Assembly (NCBI RefSeq): GCF_009914755.1
Contig: NC_060926.1
Direction: 5' to 3' (one strand)
DNA: 64,000 bases
Origin: the human T2T-CHM13v2.0 reference genome, Homo sapiens
Below, piece after piece: positions 56,330 through 64,000 of the stretch. A program made the position numbers and the translations under genes. Numbering within the stretch: the stretch's first letter is position 1; every line of letters starts with the position of its first letter. Below the pieces are notes generated by a model. It ran no database searches. It had not been told where the DNA came from and worked only from the letters and a program-made list of their open reading frames with translations.

Positions 56330-56600
56330 AATAATATTACATATATGCTTGACATTGTTTTAAGTGCTTTATCTAAATTATTTAATTCTTGCAACAAGAC
56401 CATGAGGTAAGTGCTGTTATTGTCCTCATTTTACCAAGGAGACTGAAGAACCAAGGGGTTTATAAACCATCCCCCAACAAGGAGACTGAAGAACCAAGGG
56501 GGTTATAAAACGTGCCCAAAGTCATGCAGCTAGGAACTGGGGAGCTAGGAATTGAACCCAGGCAGTTTGAGCTCAGAATTCATGCTGTCAACCTGTACTA
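56330..56600 (-). mobile_element. MIR with an internal 43-bp tandem duplication
   Basis: CCCAAAGTCATGCAGCTAG core; CAAGGAGACTGAAGAACCAAGGGG occurs at both 56435 and 56478. Confidence 0.8.
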
Positions 56601-57194
56601 CAGTATACAAACTCAATACTAGTTTTTTAAAAACTAGTTTTATTTTATTTTTAATTGACAAATAATAATTGAATATTCAATACTAATGTAAGTCATTGAC
56701 TAATGGTCATTTAGAGATTCAATTGAAAAGATTTTGATTATCTCAAGAGGCTGAGTTTTTGATGTTTACCAGTAGTATGGCCCCAAATTTGTAAGCTGAG
56801 AATTGATTACTCATTATTTCTTGACATTCCTGTTATTACTGAGACCCTGCTTTGTGGTAAGAACTTTCTTGGCTACTGGTGAGAAGAGTGGGGAATTATT
56901 ATTAAACATGATCTTGTCAAGAACTGTGAAAGATCTGAAGTTTTCCCTACTTGTATGGTTGCAAGTTAGTCTGCTACAGATTCATGGAAGCTGGGAAAGG
57001 CACATGGTTTCTGGGTTGTAATAAACAACAGGCACTTCATTACAGCAACAGCAGTAACCAGAGTATTGGCATTGATGCTTGTTCTCTGAGCCTCAGTTTC
57101 CAGCTCATTCCAAAAGAAATTTGGCGTGGTTACAGAATTGATCAGGACTCTCTGGAATAGAGGTGACAGAAACAAGAAGATAAGAATGAATTAG

Positions 57195-57499
57195 GGCTGG
57201 GCAGGGTAGCTCATGCCTGTAATCCCAGCACTTCGGGAGGCCAAGGCGGGTGGATCACTTGAGATCAGGAGTTTGAGACCAGCCTCACCAAAATGGTGAA
57301 ACCCCATCTCTACCAAAAAAGCAAAAATTAGCTTGGAATGGTGGCACGTGCCTGTAATCCCAGCTACTCAGGAGGCTGGGGTGGAAGAATCACTTGAACT
57401 CGAGAGGTGAAGGGTGCAGTGAGCTGGAGATTGCATCACTGCACTCCAGCCTTTGTGACAGAGTGAGACTCTATCTCAAAAAAAAAAAAAAAAAAAAAA
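57195..57499 (+). mobile_element. Alu (AluS-type)
   Basis: Full dimer with a poly(A) tail. Confidence 0.95.
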
Positions 57500-60107
57500 G
57501 ATGAGAAAAAATGTGGCAAATGTGAAATAAGTTGGAAAATATGCATAGCTATCCATTTCAAAATATATATTATTTAACTACTTGTGCTCTGACTTGTTTT
57601 AGGAGGGTTTTTAAAGTAATTTCAAAGATATGTCCATCTAACATGACAAAATGAAAATAACTGGAATATAGGCATTTTTTTGCTGACTGCTTCCCCAAAG
57701 GACTTTGTTAAACTTAGGAATTGAAAAACAAATGGCAGGAAATTAATAGTAAAACAAACAAACAAACAAACAAAAAAACCAAAAAGGAATTCACAGAAGA
57801 AAAACTGGATAGAGCCCCAAATTCTAAATGTGTGGTTTCCATGCACAGTGACTGGCCTTAGGATCTATCCTGGGATCTGTCTTGGCCCTTTGTCTCACAT
57901 GCATGAAAACTGAGGGCAAACTTGAAACACCCAAGCACAGTCTTCTGCAATCACCCCAGCTTTGCCTACTTTGCTTATGAGCAGGTCCTCTTCTGCCTCT
58001 GCCCTGACTCTCAACTTTGACTCCTCTTTTTAGTTCTGCTCCTGCGCTGTGGTTTCTGCATTGGACACTGTCCTCCCATGGTGACCTCAGCAAAGCGTTT
58101 CTCAGGATGTTGGCTCAGGGCTGCTCTAGCGCTTTTCCTGACTGCCACAACCTGTGTGCATGGAACCCAAATCCCCATATGGACAGGTACTGTCTGGGTT
58201 AATGGGACACACTGCACCAATTGTTGGCCCCACACCCACAGCAGTTGACTACTTTGCTCGGTTGTTTCTTTTGCATAAGTGTCTTTTTCACCCAATTGGC
58301 TACCTGTCAATGTGGAGCCTGGGCTTTCTGTCCTTCATGTCTTCTCTGACTGTGTATCGGACTACTTTATGCGTGTTTGATGGTTTCAAGAAGTTGCCAG
58401 CTGGCTTCTTAATTTGTTGATAGGACACTGTGCTAGCACACCCAGGGACAGTCATTTTATAAAATAGTCTCAGTTTTCTGATAAATAAAATATTTAAATG
58501 CAGGAGGGTTTACTTCTCAGCTGTAAAATAACAACAACATCAATGGCACAAGCAATAACAGCGACCATATCATCTTCAAGTTTTGAGCATTCCCGTGGTA
58601 GACACTTTGCTCATTCTCAAAAAATCCCATGAGTAAAGAACAATTTTTAGCACCATTCTATAGAGAATAGATTCAGATACAGAGAGTTTAGGTGATTTTC
58701 CCCAAGTCAAATGAGTAAGTTAAGTAGGATTAAACCTGAGTCTTCCTGACTTCAAAGACCAGATTTCCCCACACTGCTACCTCTGGTTTATTCAGTGGCA
58801 TCCATGATGGCCAAGGGACAGCTGCCAGGAAAAATCAGGGGGATCTCATTTGGGGTCACCATGTGACAAACACCTCAATCTCTCAACACTTTTCACCTCC
58901 AAATAGCTAATGAGGTAAGTCCTTATTCAAAATGGAAGCTTTTTGTAAACAAATTGTTTAATCTTAGTTATCACCCCATACCACCACCAATTCACTTAAC
59001 AAAGTCATTTGTAAGTCTATCAGCTTTGTTCTGAAAAACAAAAACAAAACAGCTGATTAAACTCGTGAGCATGGCATTAAAAAACAAATAAAATGGAAGC
59101 TTTTGCTGCAACACTAGTCATAATCCGTAGCAATTTACTTATACCATCACCTATTTTGCGTTGTTTCTAGCCTGGGAAAAGAAAGTCTTTCTCAAAGCCA
59201 GCCTCATCACTTATTTCTATCCATTGTTTATTCATTTGTCATTCATTCACTCAATATTTATTGATCATCTCCTGGGTGCCAGATGCAGTGCCAGGCTCTG
59301 GAAATTAACAGTGGTTTGTCCTTTCATGCCAATCTTTCCACCATCTTCAGATCTTCCTTGTGTCTACCATCCCCTTTCCTGTCACTTGTACCCACTCCCT
59401 CTTTTGCTGGTTTGTTCCAACTCAGCCTATAAAAATGCCGAAATCATTTCCATCCTCTTCCACTCCCTTCTTCTTATCACCTTCCTTCTGCTCTTCTAAG
59501 CCAAGCTTCCAAAGAATTCCCTATAATTACAGCTTCCCCTTCCTGTCTGCACATTCACTCTCAATCCCCATAGTCTGAAACTGCCCTTACCAAAGTCACT
59601 CCATTGAACACATCTGCATCCACACCATCCTGGGCCTCTCAGCCACCTTGGACAGTATTGACCCTTTCCTCCTTCTGGAAGTGATTCCTTGGTGTCTTTG
59701 ACCTTATTCTCTGGACCTTTGTAATCCTGAACATTCTGTCTCTGTCTTCCTAAAGGCTTGTTCAGTCTTCACCCAGAACGGAAGTATGGGCTCTTTGCAA
59801 GCTTCCCTCTGGTCTACTGCTTTTCTTTCTCTGCTCTTTTTTTTGTTGTTATTGTGCAATTGTATCCACTCATGTAACAGTGGCAGACGGGCATTTATAT
59901 TTCAGTTTTTGCCTGTTCCCCTGAGCTTCAGATAGACAAAAAAGTCCTGTGGAACCCCACCACTGGGATGTTCCACAACAAGTCGTAAACTGAGCTCATC
60001 ATCTTCCCGAGATGGTGATCCTATGGTCTTGTCTGTTTCAGGGGATGGCAGCACATCCACCCTGTCACTCCAGTCAGATGCCCAGAAGCCACTTCTCAAG
60101 TCAGGGT

Positions 60108-60422
60108 TTTCCTTCCCTTGCTTCCCTTCCTTCCCTTTCCCTCCCCTTCCCCTCTCCCCTCCCCTCCCCTCCCTTCCTCTCCCCTTCCCCCTTCCCTCCC
60201 CCTCCCTCCCTCCCTTCCTCCCTTCCTCCCTCCCTCCCTCCCTCCCTTCCTTCCTCCCTTCCTTCCTTCCTTCCTCCCTCCCTTCCTCCTCCCTCCCTCT
60301 CCTTCCTTCCCTCCCTCTCTCCCTCTCTTTCCTTCCCTCCCTCTCTCCCTCTCCTTCCCTCTCTCCTTCCCTTCCCTTCCCTTCCCTTCCCTTCCCTTCC
60401 CTTCCCTCCCCTTCCTTTCTCT
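60108..60422. repeat. About 310-bp polypyrimidine (CCCT/CCTT/CCCTT)n tract
   Basis: Almost purely C/T; source of the Pro/Ser/Leu pseudo-ORFs; flanked by L2 remnants. Confidence 0.97.
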
Positions 60423-61957
60423 TGTCTTGTACCAGTTAGTGGGAAAATAAAAGTAAGTAATAAAACAAAGTCCCAGCCTTTGCTCTTATAAATTTATACT
60501 GTAATGGGAAAGACTGACTTTGATCAAAGAACTGCAAAAATAAATGGAACATTTTATTTATGATCAGGGTTGGTATAAGAATATGCAATAAGAATTCTTC
60601 CCATAGGAACTGAGATTCAAATTGAGATTGAAGGAAGAATATGAGTTAACTAGTTAAAGGACAGATGATGGTATGTTCTCAGCAGAGGAAATAACACATC
60701 CAAAAGCCCTGGGAAGAGGAAGCTGGGGCACTGACGGAACAGAGACAAGGCTGGAGTAGCTCTACAGGCAACAGTGGGGCCTGAGTGAGGCTGGGAGATG
60801 ACTAGGCAGACTATGCAGGCACTGGTGGGTCACGTGACAAGTTCTTGTCTATATCCTACATGTATAAGGGCAGTTGTTCAAGGGTTATAAGCATAAAGAT
60901 GATATGATCAATTTTAATTTTGTCTTAAAATGTGGAGAATGGAGAAGAGGGGAGAACGCATGGCTGTGTAGGTGCTAGTTAAGAGGCATGAGATGATGGT
61001 GGCTTATTAGTATGGCTGCCAAGGATAGAAAACTAGAGGTCACTTTACAAAAAGTCTATCAGTTTCATTTAGAATAACTCAATTTGCCTCTCGGAGGAGA
61101 ATAATGTAAGTGTTCAGACTTGAGGTTCAATTATGTGAGCTCTGTTCCTTCCTAAGTGCAAGAGATTTCATTAAATAATTTAACTTGAGTCCTCCTGAAG
61201 AAGTGTCTTTGCTGCCCCATAAGGCCATTTCTGTAGTTATTCTTCCAACAAAACATGGGTCAGTTGCACTGCATAAGCCAGGAGGCTGAAGTCACCTATC
61301 AGCAGTGCCCCAGAGCTCTGTTTAGAAAAAGTTACAGCAGCATCTCCCTCCAGGCAGCCAAGGAAGGCACTCCAGATAGCACCAGCAACACGCAAATGGT
61401 GGTGGCCCTTTCCCTCTTTGGTCTAGCATGACACAGCTGTCGCATTTGTGCTGAGGCTGTGACACCAGCATCCCACTGGGGTCATGTGCAGCTTACGTTA
61501 AATGAGGACATTTTAACTGCCAACTGGAGTAGTGTATGTGTATATGTATGTGTGTATGTATTTCTACTCATTAAACTTTAGAAATAAAATATGGAATGAG
61601 GCTGGAATTGGAATGGGATATGCATCTTGCATTTTCCCAGTGGCACCCTCTTCCTCCCAGTTATAGGGATATGGTAAGAGCTCAGTAAATATTTGTTGAA
61701 CGACTATGCAATCTATTTGCCACAATTCTAGGAAGCTGCATTTTGCACTAAAATCAGAGCAGCAAGTAGATGACCAACGGACTTAGGGCATGCTGGGGAA
61801 AATCCTAATCACATGTAAGGATTTGGAGGAAATGGCTTGGGTGCATGGGCAAGGGGGGTGCATCACACAGAGAAGGGAAGAAAATTGGAGAGTATTTGGC
61901 AATGAAGACACTGCATGGAGAGTGAGAGGTGGAATAGCTGCTTTATCTTATCAAATT

Positions 61958-63397
61958 TTGGGGAAAAGGGATATGTCCAAAAAAGACTTTCAAGAAATTT
62001 TGCCATGAGTCCTATGGGAATAACTTCTCTTTAAGTTCCTTCAAAAACCTACTATAGTTCTATATTGGCCTTCAAGGTCCTTGGAGTTAGATTTGTGTCT
62101 TTATTACATGAATCAAGAGGCAGAGGCAGCCTCAAGGAAACCCAGACATTTCAGTTTACAAATAATTGGAAGTGTCTGGACTGCCTCACTGCTCTGTGTT
62201 TCTGGTGGGATTTTGGGATTGGCACTGAGCTTCATCAATATTGATCAGTGGAGTGACTTTAAACAAATATATACATTGGCTCATTCTGAGCTCTCAAAAA
62301 ATCATAGGTTGTCAGAATTGGAAGGCATCTTGGAAATCACTTAGCATTTTACAGACGAAGAAGTTGAGATCACAATGGAATGTTAATAATATCACACAAC
62401 TTCGGTTTAATAGCCTTAATGGAGTTGAACAAGAAACTCTGTGTCTGTTAAGACTCTTTTGGTTGCAAACAACAAAAACTGCTTCTAGCTAACTTAAAAA
62501 AAAGGGAAGATTTAGTAGAAAACACAGGAGAGACTCACAGATCCAAGGAAGTGCAGAACACCAAGCTGTGGGAGGACAGGACAAGGCAGACGTTGAGGTC
62601 TTTTCCTCAGGGTACACCCACTGATTGCCTTCAGTGGCTGGGTTTTTGGACTCATAGTAATCATGCAGTTCTTTAAAAATAGTTTTGTCTCCTTTTTAAA
62701 ATCTTCAACTGGAAGCATTTTAAAGAATCGAAAATGCTACAATGATTCTTATCTGTTCAAAACAGAACTTTTTTGATGACAAAGATAGTTTTTGCCACTT
62801 TGTGGATTAAATATATTAAGAACTTTATGGACTAAATGTTTGTGTCCCACCAAAATTCATATGTTGGAGCTCTAACCCTCAATACAATGGTAGTTGGAGA
62901 TGAGGCCTTTGGGAGGGAATTAGGGTTAAATAAGGTCACGAAGGTGGGATCCTCATGACCGCATTAGTGTCTTCACAAGAAGAGAGACTTCCGAGAGCAT
63001 TCTCTTTCTTTCTCTGTGCCGTGAGAGGACTCAGAGAGAAGGTGGCCATCTGTAACAAGGAAGAAAGCTCTCATCAGGAACAGAATGTGCTGCACCATGT
63101 TCTTGGACTTCTTGGGGAAAAGGGATATCTTCAAAAAAGACTTTCAAGAAATCTTGCCATGGGTCCTATGGGAGTAATTTCTCTTTAAGTTCCTTCAAAA
63201 GCCTACTATAATCCTACATTGTTCTTCAAGGTCCTTGTGATTAGATTTGTGTCTTTATTACATGAGTGGAGGGGCAGAGGCAGCCTCAAGGGAACCCAGA
63301 CATTTCAGTTTACAAATAATTGGCAGTGTCTGGACTGCCTCACTGCTCTGTGTTTCTGGTGGGATTTTGGGATTGGCACTGAGCTTCACTGATATTG
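61958..63397 (+). repeat. 286-bp dispersed direct duplication (61958-62243 and 63112-63397)
   Basis: Ungapped manual alignment, offset 1154 bp, about 24 mismatches (about 92% identity). Confidence 0.95.
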
Positions 63398-63492
63398 CAG
63401 GCTGTGGGTGGAATGATCAGTAGGAATCCACCCACAGCCTGCAGTATGGGTGTGGGTGGAATGATCAGAACTATGAGAAATAAATTTCTGAA
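62825..63492 (+). mobile_element. MLT1A/B-like LTR interrupted by the duplicated segment
   Basis: TATGGACTAAATGTTTGTGTCCC...TCTTGGACTTC [insert] CAGAACTATGAGAAATAAATTTCTG. Confidence 0.85.
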
Positions 63493-63894
63493 ATTGGTTA
63501 TGTGAAAGGGGCACTCTGGTCAATTTAGTGGTTAAACTGCAGGCCCACTGATGCTAAGGGAGTTAAGGAACTAGTACTCAGGCTCTCATCCAAGTGGCTG
63601 AGGGACTTGCTAGTTCTCTGACCTGAGTTTTGCTCACTCCTTGCTTGCTCAGCAGGACGACAATTTACACCTGGGGACGATGTCGATTTTCTGGTCTCTG
63701 TGATCAGTTGGGCCAGCAGGTGTGATCGAGTGTGCAGTGTGTCTACACTCGACCTATCAGCCCTTCAGAGGGACAGAAGCTTCTCAGCTGGATCCTCCCT
63801 GCAGGTGCTGGGCCACAGAGGAGGCAGGCAGTGCAGCACGGAGTCCTTCCCACTTTCATCTTGGGGGCTGTGCCTCTGCTATGATTCCCCTGAA

Positions 63895-64000
63895 CTTTTT
63901 AATATATTTTTTAAATTTTTTATTGATACCTAACAGATATAAATATTTTGGGGCTACATGTGATATTTTGATATTTATATAGTGTGTAAAAACAGACTCT
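63895..64000 (-). mobile_element. L1MA-type 3' end at the window edge
   Basis: TTTTTATTGATAC...TTTTGGGGCTACATGTGATATTTTGATA. Confidence 0.65.

Noticed and set aside
60012-60491. Pro/Ser/Leu-rich ORFs up to 159 aa
   Set aside because: Stop-free only because the tract is pure C/T.

Overview
Primate (almost certainly human) genomic DNA containing the 3' part of KCNS3, the electrically silent Kv9.3 potassium-channel subunit, on the + strand. It includes a 192-nt non-coding exon (31432-31623), a 13-kb intron, and a terminal exon from 44702 carrying the whole 491-aa CDS (44761-46236) and a short 3'UTR with AATAAA at 46686. The first exon and promoter are not visible and probably lie upstream of the window. 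The rest is repeat-dense intron and 3' flank: two full-length antisense L1s (old L1PB-type, younger L1PA4-type with TSDs), nested retroelements (THE1 in a MER4 LTR in L1M; a short L1PA in L1PB), Alus, MaLR LTRs, MIR/L2, hAT DNA transposons and microsatellites. Nearly all other ORFs in the track are repeat-derived noise. The most interesting signal is the KCNS3 5'UTR exon. It carries a short uORF whose stop overlaps a triple ATG, which opens a spliced 44-aa ORF running out of frame across the KCNS3 start codon. The exon also begins with a recursive-splice-type AG|GTGAGA junction, so splicing could switch translational repression on or off. Several template-switch or repair scars and one TSD-flanked orphan insert are also visible. 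Repeat subfamily names are from memory of consensus sequences, and boundaries without TSDs are approximate.
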